Shown one piece after another: positions 19,334 through 27,366 of a stretch of 64,000 nt of DNA. The notes below the pieces were generated by a model that was given only the letters and a program-made list of their open reading frames with translations, did not search any database and had not been told where the DNA came from. A program made the translations under genes and the position numbers. The stretch is taken from positions 1,399 to 65,398 of the forward strand of contig JACCTH010000034.1 in assembly GCA_013812505.1 (NCBI GenBank), in the 5' to 3' direction. The first letter of the stretch is position 1. Every line of letters starts with the position of its first letter. The DNA is from Acidimicrobiia bacterium. GTDB lineage: Bacteria > Actinomycetota > Acidimicrobiia > Spongiisociales > ZC4RG35.

Positions 19334-19984
19334 TCAGAGCGTGTTGATCACCGCCATCCGTTCGGTTTGGCATTCGTCGCGTACATAGCAACCGCCGACG
19401 TGATCATTTACCAGGCCCAGGGCTTGCATGAATGCATAAACCGTTGTCGGTCCGACAAAACTGAAGCCAGCCTTCTTGAGCCGGGCCGAGAGGTCCTTCG
19501 ACGCCGGCGTGATCGAAGCGATCTCGATCGGCGTCTCACGACCAACTTCCGCATACTCCCTCCAGAGCCACTGCGACAGAGCGCCGACGAGATCTTCGAA
19601 CTCGGGCAGCCGGCGGGCATTGTTGATCACCGATCGGATCTTGCCTTCGTGGCGGACGATGCTGCGATCGGCTAGGAGGCGCTTGACATCCGACTCATCG
19701 AACTTAGCGACCGTCTCGGGATCGAATTTCGCAAACGCCTCCCGAAAGGCCGGCCGCTTGCGCAGGATCGTCAACCAGGAAAGCCCGGCTTGGAAGCCTT
19801 CGAGGCATAGCTTTTCAAATAGCCGGGATCGGTCGGTCACGGCCCGCCCCCATTCGTGGTCGTGATAGGCGACGTACTCGTCCGATCCCGTCCCCCACCA
19901 GCAGCGAGGGCGCCCGTCGTCGAGAGTTTCGAGTTTGTTCACAACCGGACTGGACGAGAATGGCTCATAGTGAGGTTGTACCAA
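19334..19984 (-). CDS. tag: DNA-3-methyladenine glycosylase I
   Basis: The motifs RCWWG...YVAYHDHEWG, EGFQAGLSWLTIL and GLVNDHVGGC are present, matching the Tag zinc-binding C-terminus. Confidence 0.85.
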   Translation of the reverse strand: MVQPHYEPFSSSPVVNKLETLDDGRPRCWWGTGSDEYVAYHDHEWGRAVTDRSRLFEKLCLEGFQAGLSWLTILRKRPAFREAFAKFDPETVAKFDESDVKRLLADRSIVRHEGKIRSVINNARRLPEFEDLVGALSQWLWREYAEVGRETPIEIASITPASKDLSARLKKAGFSFVGPTTVYAFMQALGLVNDHVGGCYVRDECQTERMAVINTL

Positions 19985-19986
19985 CT

Positions 19987-21519
19987 ATGAACGACTTGGC
20001 GACGAACCAAATCCCGATGAATGAGACCACGGTTCCGCGTTCCCGGGGAGCATTGGCGGGGGTGGCCGCCGTCGCCATGTCGTTCGGGTCGAGCGAGCTG
20101 CTGGCCGCCATTCTCGGCGTTCCCTCGCTAATCCAGGGAATCGCCGATCGAGTGGTCGACGCCGTGCCGCCCAGCGTCAAGGAATTCGCCATCGACGTCT
20201 TTGGCACCAACGACAAGCTGGCTCTACTGGTGGGGATCTCGGTGGTCGCGCTCGGCCTGGGCGCTCTGCTCGGCGCCGTCTCCCGCCGACGGGATCAACC
20301 GATGGTCATCGCCATCATCGCCTTTGCGATCATCGCCGCCTTGGCGACCTCGCGATCGGCCGCCTCGGGACAACTCGCCCCGTGGCTGCTGGCGCTATTG
20401 GCATTGGCAGCGGGAGTGTTCACCTTCCGCTGGTTGATGAAAAATCGTGGACCCGCACCAGACGGACGCCGGGAGATGCTCAAGGCGACTTCGGCGACCG
20501 GTCTCGGTTTGCTGCTGGCGGGCAGTGGCCGGCTGCTCGGCGCCGCCACCACGGAGTCAGCCACCGGCCGGGAAACGGTTGCCCTCGGGGGTGCTTCGAC
20601 CACCGCGCCTGCCCTGGCTGCCGGAACCTCGTTCGACGTTCCTGAGCTCACCCCAATCGTGGTGCCGAACGAAGACTTCTACCGGATCGACACTGCTATC
20701 GCCGTCCCCCGAGTGGCAGTCGACACCTGGAAGCTGAGCTTCATCGGCATGGTCGACAATCCCTACGAGATCACCTTCGATGAGCTCATGAACGAGGAGA
20801 TGGTCGAGCGCTACGTCACCCTCTCCTGTGTTTCCAACGAAGTCGGCGGCGGGCTGGTGGGCAATGCCCGCTGGCTCGGAGTCCCCCTTTCCGCGTTGCT
20901 TGAAAGGGCGCAGCCGCAGGCGGGTGCCTCCCAAATCGTGGGGCGAGCAGTCGACGATTTCACGGTCGGCTTTCCGCTCGAGGCTGCCTTCGACGGTCGG
21001 GAGGCGCTCGTGGCGGTGGCGATGAACGGCGAGGCGCTGCCGATCGAGCATGGCTTCCCGGTGCGGCTCGTGGTGGCAGGCCTCTACGGCTACGTCTCGG
21101 CCACCAAATGGCTCTCCGAGATCGAGCTCACCACTTGGGACGGATTCGACGCCTACTGGGTCCCTCGCGGCTGGTCGAAAGAGGCCCCTATCAAGGTGCA
21201 GTCCCGCATCGACACCCCTCGCAACTCGTTCGCCGCCGGATCCCGTGCCATTGCCGGGGTCGCCTGGGCCCCCAATCGGGGCGTTGCCCGGGTGGAAGTC
21301 TCGGTTGATGAGGGCGCCTGGACCGACGCCGAGCTGAGCGACCCGTTGAGCCAGGACGCCTGGGTGCAGTGGCGGTTGGAACACGATTTTGCCGCTGGCA
21401 GCCACCAAATCCAGGTCCGGGCCACCGACGCCGACGGCGTCACCCAGGGCGAAACCCGGGTCCCGCCCGCCCCCAACGGCGCCGAAGGCTGGCACACGGT
21501 CAACGTCCAGGCGACCTAG
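19987..21519 (+). CDS. molybdopterin-dependent oxidoreductase, sulfite-oxidase family, with N-terminal transmembrane segment
   Basis: The SO-family core is present (YVTLSCVSNEVGG...HGFPVRLVVAGLYGYVSATKWL) with a C-terminal dimerisation/Ig-like domain. The start is ambiguous between 19960, 19987 and 20017. The 19960 ATG would overlap the divergent tag start. Confidence 0.8.
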   Translation: MNDLATNQIPMNETTVPRSRGALAGVAAVAMSFGSSELLAAILGVPSLIQGIADRVVDAVPPSVKEFAIDVFGTNDKLALLVGISVVALGLGALLGAVSRRRDQPMVIAIIAFAIIAALATSRSAASGQLAPWLLALLALAAGVFTFRWLMKNRGPAPDGRREMLKATSATGLGLLLAGSGRLLGAATTESATGRETVALGGASTTAPALAAGTSFDVPELTPIVVPNEDFYRIDTAIAVPRVAVDTWKLSFIGMVDNPYEITFDELMNEEMVERYVTLSCVSNEVGGGLVGNARWLGVPLSALLERAQPQAGASQIVGRAVDDFTVGFPLEAAFDGREALVAVAMNGEALPIEHGFPVRLVVAGLYGYVSATKWLSEIELTTWDGFDAYWVPRGWSKEAPIKVQSRIDTPRNSFAAGSRAIAGVAWAPNRGVARVEVSVDEGAWTDAELSDPLSQDAWVQWRLEHDFAAGSHQIQVRATDADGVTQGETRVPPAPNGAEGWHTVNVQAT

Positions 21520-21528
21520 CCCCCTTTT

Positions 21529-21582
21529 TGCGAACCCTGGGTTCGCAGCCGTGTACAGCACGGATACCAGCCCAGAGAACGG
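21529..21582. repeat. copy of the CGAACCCWGGGTTCG...CCAGCCCAsAGAACG structured intergenic element
   Basis: The copy reads gcgaaccctgggttcgc + cagCCGTGtacagCACGG + ataccagcccagagaacgg. The internal stem is entirely different from the copies at 53164 and 59883 but remains base-paired. Confidence 0.6.
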
Positions 21583-21629
21583 CCTTTCAGCCTGATTCAT
21601 TTGTGGGCCGGTTTGTCCGATAATCAGCC

Positions 21630-22193
21630 ATGGCGCGACTCGACCGGGGTGGGAACATCTTCTGCCTTGAGTCCTTTTGGCATTCCCGTCTTGACGGTGA
21701 CCGCCTCAGCGTCCGGCCGTTGCTCGAGCTCCTCCATACCTCACGGGGAACAAAGTTCATCCATCTCACCTGCAACACGGCCGAGGAGCTTTCGTTCAAC
21801 CTCCGCCAGCACCGGCGTTATCGAAGCTACGGGATGCTCTATCTGGCCTTTCATGGCCGCCGGGGACGCTTGCTGCTCGCCGACGGCAGCGAGATGCGCC
21901 TCGAGGAGCTCACCGAGCTGGCGAGGGGGCGGCTCAACGGTTGCCTAGTCCATTTCGGCAGTTGTTGGACCGCCCTCGACGACGATCAGCTCTATCAATT
22001 CCTGGAAGTGACCGGGGCGGCTGTCGTCACCGGCTACACCAAGGCCGTCGACTGGATCGATAGCGCGTCGATGGACCTCCTGATCCTCGACTGGGCGCGG
22101 GAGTACTCGAATGCCAAATCGCTGATCGACAAGATCGGCGACACCTACTCCGGGCTCAAAGAGGCAACCGGCTTCGTCGCCTACCAGCTCTGA
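21630..22193 (+). CDS. hypothetical protein with caspase-like His...Cys arrangement (YLAFHG ... LVHFGSCWT)
   Basis: This 187 aa ORF has coding bias. A hydrophobic strand plus HG and a hydrophobic strand plus GSC lie 38 residues apart, as in the caspase/CHAT fold. No family can be confirmed without a search. Confidence 0.5.
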   Translation: MARLDRGGNIFCLESFWHSRLDGDRLSVRPLLELLHTSRGTKFIHLTCNTAEELSFNLRQHRRYRSYGMLYLAFHGRRGRLLLADGSEMRLEELTELARGRLNGCLVHFGSCWTALDDDQLYQFLEVTGAAVVTGYTKAVDWIDSASMDLLILDWAREYSNAKSLIDKIGDTYSGLKEATGFVAYQL

Positions 22194-22317
22194 CACTGGG
22201 GGAACCTGCGAGCCCCCAAGGCCCGCGCCGACCAAAGCCTCGGTACTAATCACCATCGGCGAGACCGTTCTGAAGAAAGAGATCGAAAGTTGCCCGCCCA
22301 TCATCTACAACGGCCGC

Positions 22318-22596
22318 ATGTGGGATATGCGAGGAACCGGAACCGAACCAGGAATGAGAGTGACCGACGCGGCGGGCCAGGCTTGGGAAGTGAACCTCTA
22401 CTCTGCGGGCGGGCCAAGTCCGCGTTGGGGCTTTTTCGTGTGGGGCGAAACTGTTATGTGGAGGGCCGGCTCCGATTACAGAAGCCCTTTGTATTACGGA
22501 ATTGTCGGCACCACCGGGACCTTCGCGACGACGTTCTTCGAAGAATCGCTTACCCTCCCCGACACCAACGGCACGATCGTTGTCGGGTGCGACTGA
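22318..22596 (+). CDS. hypothetical small Gly/Thr-rich protein
   Basis: This is a 92 aa ORF in a locally lower-GC stretch. Its coding status is uncertain. Confidence 0.25.
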   Translation: MWDMRGTGTEPGMRVTDAAGQAWEVNLYSAGGPSPRWGFFVWGETVMWRAGSDYRSPLYYGIVGTTGTFATTFFEESLTLPDTNGTIVVGCD

Positions 22597-22656
22597 CCAT
22601 TAAGTTCAGACGCAACTCATGACGAAATCTCGATCGGGTGGCGAATACTCGGAATC

Positions 22657-23340
22657 GTGCTTCTGGCATCGCTTGTAGCCGGATGCGCCAGCGCCGGATC
22701 GACTGAATCCACGACCAACCAAGGTTCCACGACGACGATTGCGCAGGTCGCCACCACGATCGGTCAAACCAGCCAAACGGTTGCGACAACCCAGGCGGCG
22801 CCGACTACGACCGAGGGAGCGGCAACCACGACTGGAGCAATAGGAACCGATTCCGACATCCCCCAGGTCTGCGTCGATGCCGTCTTTGATTTCATCGTGG
22901 GTCTCGAGCCCTTGGTAGCGGGATTCGACTTCGACAACGCGACTCTGGAGGAGTACCAACTCCTGCAGGTAGCGCAGGTGCCGGTCCTCGAGTCTTTTGT
23001 CGATCGCCTCGAAGGCGGGGAGTGTATGGAAGTCATCGCCGCACCAAACCCTGCGATAGCCGCGGAGATGGTCGAATTCGCTCAAACCGAGGCGCCCGGA
23101 GCGGTGGCCTACCTCGAGTTGCTGCAGGCCATGTCCGGACTACCGGTCACCGGTAGCTGCAAACCTGACGTCGACACGCTCCAGGCCTATGTGGACCGCG
23201 GCCGGACGGTGTTCGATCTCACGGCGGTTGAGCGCATCTACGCTTTCAACCTCGTTGGCGCCATCAATCAATGGTGTCCTTTGGAAGTCGGCATGGCTTT
23301 CACCACCCGGGACGACGTAGTCGCATTCCTCGGGGCCTAG
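22657..23340 (+). CDS. lipoprotein with Thr/Gln-rich linker and Cys-containing helical domain (N-terminus apparently frameshifted)
   Basis: There is a lipobox LVAGC followed by ASAGS. A proper n- and h-region (...GWRILGIVLLASLVAGC) is present in-frame upstream but lacks an in-frame ATG. An ATG (MTKSRS...) sits in the +1 frame at 22619. Confidence 0.6.
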   Translation: MLLASLVAGCASAGSTESTTNQGSTTTIAQVATTIGQTSQTVATTQAAPTTTEGAATTTGAIGTDSDIPQVCVDAVFDFIVGLEPLVAGFDFDNATLEEYQLLQVAQVPVLESFVDRLEGGECMEVIAAPNPAIAAEMVEFAQTEAPGAVAYLELLQAMSGLPVTGSCKPDVDTLQAYVDRGRTVFDLTAVERIYAFNLVGAINQWCPLEVGMAFTTRDDVVAFLGA

Positions 23341-24378
23341 TCATCGGGAGCGCAGCAGTTGCTGCAGCCGGCGCGACTCGGCGAGGACCAGTTGGAAGAG
23401 CGCACGGACGTGGCCGGCGTCGAGGCCGGCTCTGATTGCTTCCTCTTCGATGATCGCCAGCAGTTCTGATTCGCGGTCGGGGATGTAGATCGGGAGTCCT
23501 TGCTCGGCCTTGACGCGTCCAATCTCGAGGGCCAGGTCTTGGCGGCTTGAGAGCAAGCGCACGATCTGGCGATCGATCTGGTCGATGGTCGTGCGGAGCC
23601 GGTGAATCCCAAGGGCGGTCATCAAGGCGACGAAGCTGTCGAGATCGAGCTGGGGCCCGACCGTCTTGGCCGCAGCCGGATTGGGGTGGACCTCGATGAT
23701 CACGCCGTCGGCGCCTACCCCCTGGGCCGCCAGGGCCAGCGGCTGCACCCGTTGGACGACCCCGGCGGCATGCGACGGGTCGACCACGATCGGCAAATGG
23801 GTCAGTTCTTTCAGTTGCGGGACCGCGGTGATGTCAAGCATGTCCGCTTCGAGGCCGCCGAAGGTGCGAACCCCGCGTTCGACCAGGATGACATTGTCAT
23901 TGCCTTCGGCCAGCACATATTCGGCCGACCACAGCCATTCATCGAGGGTGGCGGACGCTCCGCGCCGGAGCATGACCGGTTTGCCGAGCTTGCCCAAGAC
24001 CCGGAGGAGCTCGAAGTCCTGCATGCTCCCCGAGCCAACCTCGATGGCGTCGACTTGATCGGCGGCATCCTCGGCGTCTTCGGCCCGCAGGACCTGGGTG
24101 GCAACCGGCAGCCCGACATCTGCACCGGCGGCCGCCAGCAATTTCACCCCTTCGCGGCCCAGTCCTCGAAAGCCGTATGGGGTCGTGTTGCTTTTGTAGC
24201 AGCCACCGCGCAGCATCACCCCGCCCGCTTCCTTGACCGCTTTGGCGACGGCGACAATTTGTTCGGCCGATTCCACCGCACACGGTCCGGCGATCACCGG
24301 GAACGGATCGGCTCCAAAGCGGGCGCGGCCGATCTCGACCACGGTCGGATGGCGGGGGCGGGTGGCTTTGCGTTCCAT
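23341..24378 (-). CDS. bifunctional 3-deoxy-7-phosphoheptulonate synthase (type I-beta) / chorismate mutase
   Basis: The DAHPS I-beta core is present (FPVIAGPCAVES...KPVMLRRGASATLDEW...LPIVVDPSH). A C-terminal AroQ chorismate mutase domain follows (IDQIDRQIVRLLSSRQDLALEIGRVK). Confidence 0.85.
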   Translation of the reverse strand: MERKATRPRHPTVVEIGRARFGADPFPVIAGPCAVESAEQIVAVAKAVKEAGGVMLRGGCYKSNTTPYGFRGLGREGVKLLAAAGADVGLPVATQVLRAEDAEDAADQVDAIEVGSGSMQDFELLRVLGKLGKPVMLRRGASATLDEWLWSAEYVLAEGNDNVILVERGVRTFGGLEADMLDITAVPQLKELTHLPIVVDPSHAAGVVQRVQPLALAAQGVGADGVIIEVHPNPAAAKTVGPQLDLDSFVALMTALGIHRLRTTIDQIDRQIVRLLSSRQDLALEIGRVKAEQGLPIYIPDRESELLAIIEEEAIRAGLDAGHVRALFQLVLAESRRLQQLLRSR

Positions 24379-24414
24379 CAGGCTTCCTTTGTTTGTGGAG
24401 CCGGCTCAGGGAAT

Positions 24415-24452
24415 CTCAGAAAACAAGAAACCCGGAGCTTCGGCTCCGGGTT
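24415..24452 (-). terminator. hairpin plus U-tract in the 250-nt leader of the DAHP synthase/chorismate mutase gene (terminator or attenuator)
   Basis: On the minus strand the sequence reads aacccggagc-cgaa-gctccgggtt followed by tcttgttttct. It lies about 45 nt upstream of the DAHPS ATG and about 180 nt downstream of the lgt stop. Confidence 0.45.
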
Positions 24453-24630
24453 GGTGGTTGGCGGTTCCTAGCGCGTCAATCGATCCCGGGCCGAAGGCCG
24501 GTAAACACGTAGTACGCAAAGAATCGCGAAACTGTCACGACTTCAGAATAGCCGCCCACACTTCGTCGCGGTCCATCCTCGACCTGAGGCGAATTCGCTC
24601 GACAAACGGCCGCAAGCACCGGCTCGTCGG

Positions 24631-25503
24631 TCAACTCAAAGAAACTCCGGCGCCGAGCCGTCGATCCTCCTCGGGCGTCGCCACCTTCTGACGACGGTCA
24701 AAGAGGAACAACATCACGATGGCCCCAGCCGCAGTCAGGAAGCCGCTGACCTGGTTCCAAGTCATCGATCCGACCATGGCGTCACCGCTACCGACCCGCA
24801 GCGAATCGAGCAAGAAGCGCTGCGCCCCATACCAGGCGGCCCAGATCCAGAACAACTGCCCGTAATGCAATTTCATTCTCCGATATACCAAGAAGAGCAC
24901 ACCCAGCAGGATCGCGGCACCGATCAGGTCATAGGCGGCGACGTGGTGGTAGACACCGCAAATCTCCTCGGGCGCCGAAACGCATTCCAGGGCATCGTGT
25001 TGGGGAGCGACGTCGTAGCCGGATTTGATCGCGTAGCCCCAGGGAGCTGTGGTCGCCCGGCCGAGATGCTCGACGATGGCGAGATCACCAATGCGGCCCA
25101 CGACCGTGCCCAAAGCCAATCCGAAGGCCGACATATCGAGTGTCGGCCAGACCGGCACTCTCAGTGTGCGCATCCTCCAGACCCCGCCGATGATGCCGCC
25201 GGCGAAACCACCCAGAATCGAGAAGTTGCCGTTTAGCGGATTGAGCGCGTCGAGCAGAGGGGTTCCGGCCAGCAAAGCCGCCGGAGTGGTGGAGTAGCGG
25301 GCGCCAATCAACGAACCGATCAGACCCCATGTCAGAACTGATTGGTATTTGGCCGCGTCAAAACTACGCCGGCGCATCTCCCTGGTAGCGATCCACGCCC
25401 CCGCCATGAAGCCAAGAGCGGCAAAGAGCCCGTGCAGGGAAAAGCGGAAGGGGCCAATTTCGAAGATCGGAATCGGTGGGTAGGAGATAAACGCGAGCAG
25501 CAT
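24631..25503 (-). CDS. lgt: prolipoprotein diacylglyceryl transferase
   Basis: It has a multi-pass membrane topology. The Lgt signature region is present (...GNFSILGGFAGGIIGGVW...). The conserved N-terminal FSLHGLFAALGF segment is also present. Confidence 0.8.
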   Translation of the reverse strand: MLLAFISYPPIPIFEIGPFRFSLHGLFAALGFMAGAWIATREMRRRSFDAAKYQSVLTWGLIGSLIGARYSTTPAALLAGTPLLDALNPLNGNFSILGGFAGGIIGGVWRMRTLRVPVWPTLDMSAFGLALGTVVGRIGDLAIVEHLGRATTAPWGYAIKSGYDVAPQHDALECVSAPEEICGVYHHVAAYDLIGAAILLGVLFLVYRRMKLHYGQLFWIWAAWYGAQRFLLDSLRVGSGDAMVGSMTWNQVSGFLTAAGAIVMLFLFDRRQKVATPEEDRRLGAGVSLS

Positions 25504-25531
25504 TGGACCCAGAACCTAACGAACCGGATGG

Positions 25532-26437
25532 CTAACGAAGCAACGAGCGGACCAGCACGTCGGCCATCGCCGCGAGGAAAAGCAGCCCCAAGTAGTAGGT
25601 CGAGTTGGTGAAAAGCACCATCGCCCGCTGCGGATCTCGCCTCACCCGGAACGAGTCGATCAAGAACCAAGCCCCGAGGCCGACCGCGGCGACGAGATAG
25701 ATCCATCCCATCCCGGCGACCGGCACCAGCAATAGCGACGTGATCGCGGTGAGACCTGCGTAGAGAACCATTTGCCGAGTGGTCGCCTCGACCCCGCGCA
25801 TCACCGGCAGCATCGGCACCGCGGCGGCGGCGTATTCGTCTCGATAGCGAATTGCCAGGGCCCAGAAATGCGGCGGCGTCCAGTAGAACACCACCGCGAA
25901 CAGCACCCAGGCCGGCAAGTTGATCTGCCCGGTCACTGCGGCCCAGCCGACCAGGGCGGGAGCGGCGCCGGCGGCCCCCCCAATCACGATGTTCTGAACG
26001 GAGTTCCGCTTCAACCACCGGGTGTAAACGAAGACATAGAAGAGGAGTGCGCCGGTGGAGACGCTCGCTGCCAGCCAGTTCGTGAAAACACCCAACCAGA
26101 GAAACCCGGTCAAACCCAACACGCTGCCAAACAACAGCGCTTGATTGGGAAGAATCGTGTGACTGGGGAGCGGACGCCGGGCCGTCCGGCGCATGACCTG
26201 GTCGATATCCCGGTCGAGATAGCAATTAAGAGCATTGGCGCCGGCGGCCGACATCGTTCCTCCGATGAGCGTGGTCAGCACCAGCCAGGTACCCGGCCAA
26301 CCACCCGCCGCGATCACCATGGACGGGACGGTGGTGATCAAAAGCAGTTCAATGATGCGCGGCTTGGTGAGCGCGAAATAGGCCGACAGACGTCCTTTGA
26401 CGACCACTTTCCGCTCAACGATCACGCCCGATGCCAT
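25532..26437 (-). CDS. ctaB: protoheme IX farnesyltransferase (heme O synthase)
   Basis: This is a UbiA-family prenyltransferase. YFALTKPRIIELLLITT and the Asp-rich NCYLDRDIDQVMRRT motif are present. It is adjacent to the cytochrome oxidase genes. Confidence 0.85.
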   Translation of the reverse strand: MASGVIVERKVVVKGRLSAYFALTKPRIIELLLITTVPSMVIAAGGWPGTWLVLTTLIGGTMSAAGANALNCYLDRDIDQVMRRTARRPLPSHTILPNQALLFGSVLGLTGFLWLGVFTNWLAASVSTGALLFYVFVYTRWLKRNSVQNIVIGGAAGAAPALVGWAAVTGQINLPAWVLFAVVFYWTPPHFWALAIRYRDEYAAAAVPMLPVMRGVEATTRQMVLYAGLTAITSLLLVPVAGMGWIYLVAAVGLGAWFLIDSFRVRRDPQRAMVLFTNSTYYLGLLFLAAMADVLVRSLLR

Positions 26438-26492
26438 TGGGGCCCGAGCCTACCGGCGGTTTAGCCGCCTCCACTCGGTACCCTCAGACGCG

Positions 26493-27326
26493 GTGCTTCG
26501 TCGGTTTGTGCCCCTCTTCCTGCTTGCCGTTGCAGCCTTGGCCTGCAGCCAGGGCCCCGCACCCCTGGCAGTTGTAGCCAACGCCCCCGGCACTTTTGAC
26601 GTCGGCGAGCCCCAAAGGTTGATGGTCGCTCTGATTGAGGCTGACACCTCCGAGTACCTCGCTTCTCCCAACCTCGCTGCCGAAGCCTTGCTCGTTGCTC
26701 CCGACGGTCAAGAGCTCTCGATGGAGGCCGACTTTGTCTGGACCGTTCCCGACGTGGTGGGCATCTATTTGATCCACACCACCTTTGATCAGGTTGGCAC
26801 TTGGTGGGTCAAGCTCAAGGCCAGCGGTCTCAGCGAGAGCACGCAATACTCGTTCATCGTCAGCGAGGACGCCGACCCGATGCCGGGAATCGGCGATCCC
26901 GCAATCTCGGTCGAGACTCGGACCACCGCTGATCATAAGCTCGAGGACATCTCCACCGATAGCGACCCTGAGCCTGCCTTCTACACAACTTCGCTCGATG
27001 AGGCGCTCGGCAGCGGGCGGCCGACGGTGATCGTGTTCGCCACTCCCGCCTTCTGTGAGAGTCAAACCTGCGGACCGATGCTCGACCAAGTGAAGGCGGT
27101 CGCCGAGGATCACGCCAGAGCCAACTTCATACACGTCGAGATCTACGAAAACGCTCACACCGCGACCGAGCAAGATTTGTTGATCGACCCGGCGGTAGAC
27201 GCCTGGGGGCTGCCGAGCGAACCGTGGGTCTTTGTGGTCGATCAGAACGGAATCGTGACGGCTCGCTTCGAAGGAACCCTGCAAGAAGGGGAGTTGGAGT
27301 CCGCCCTCCGAAGCCTCGATACGTAA
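26493..27326 (+). CDS. lipoprotein with C-terminal thioredoxin-fold domain (FCESQTCGP), within cytochrome oxidase cluster
   Basis: A GTG start gives the textbook lipoprotein signal MLRRFVPLFLLAVAALAC|SQ. The C-terminal block TVIVFATPAFCESQTCGPMLD resembles Sco/TlpA/redoxin active-site regions. The track start at 26397 would overlap ctaB. Confidence 0.6.
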   Translation: MLRRFVPLFLLAVAALACSQGPAPLAVVANAPGTFDVGEPQRLMVALIEADTSEYLASPNLAAEALLVAPDGQELSMEADFVWTVPDVVGIYLIHTTFDQVGTWWVKLKASGLSESTQYSFIVSEDADPMPGIGDPAISVETRTTADHKLEDISTDSDPEPAFYTTSLDEALGSGRPTVIVFATPAFCESQTCGPMLDQVKAVAEDHARANFIHVEIYENAHTATEQDLLIDPAVDAWGLPSEPWVFVVDQNGIVTARFEGTLQEGELESALRSLDT

Positions 27327-27366
27327 AAAGGTTCGCCCCAGGCATCCTCCCCTATGATGCCCGGGC

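Noticed and set aside
20557-21600. 347-aa minus-strand ORF antisense to the sulfite-oxidase-family gene
   Set aside because: It is Gly/Pro/Arg-rich with no domain features. The sense frame has a clear molybdopterin oxidoreductase signature.
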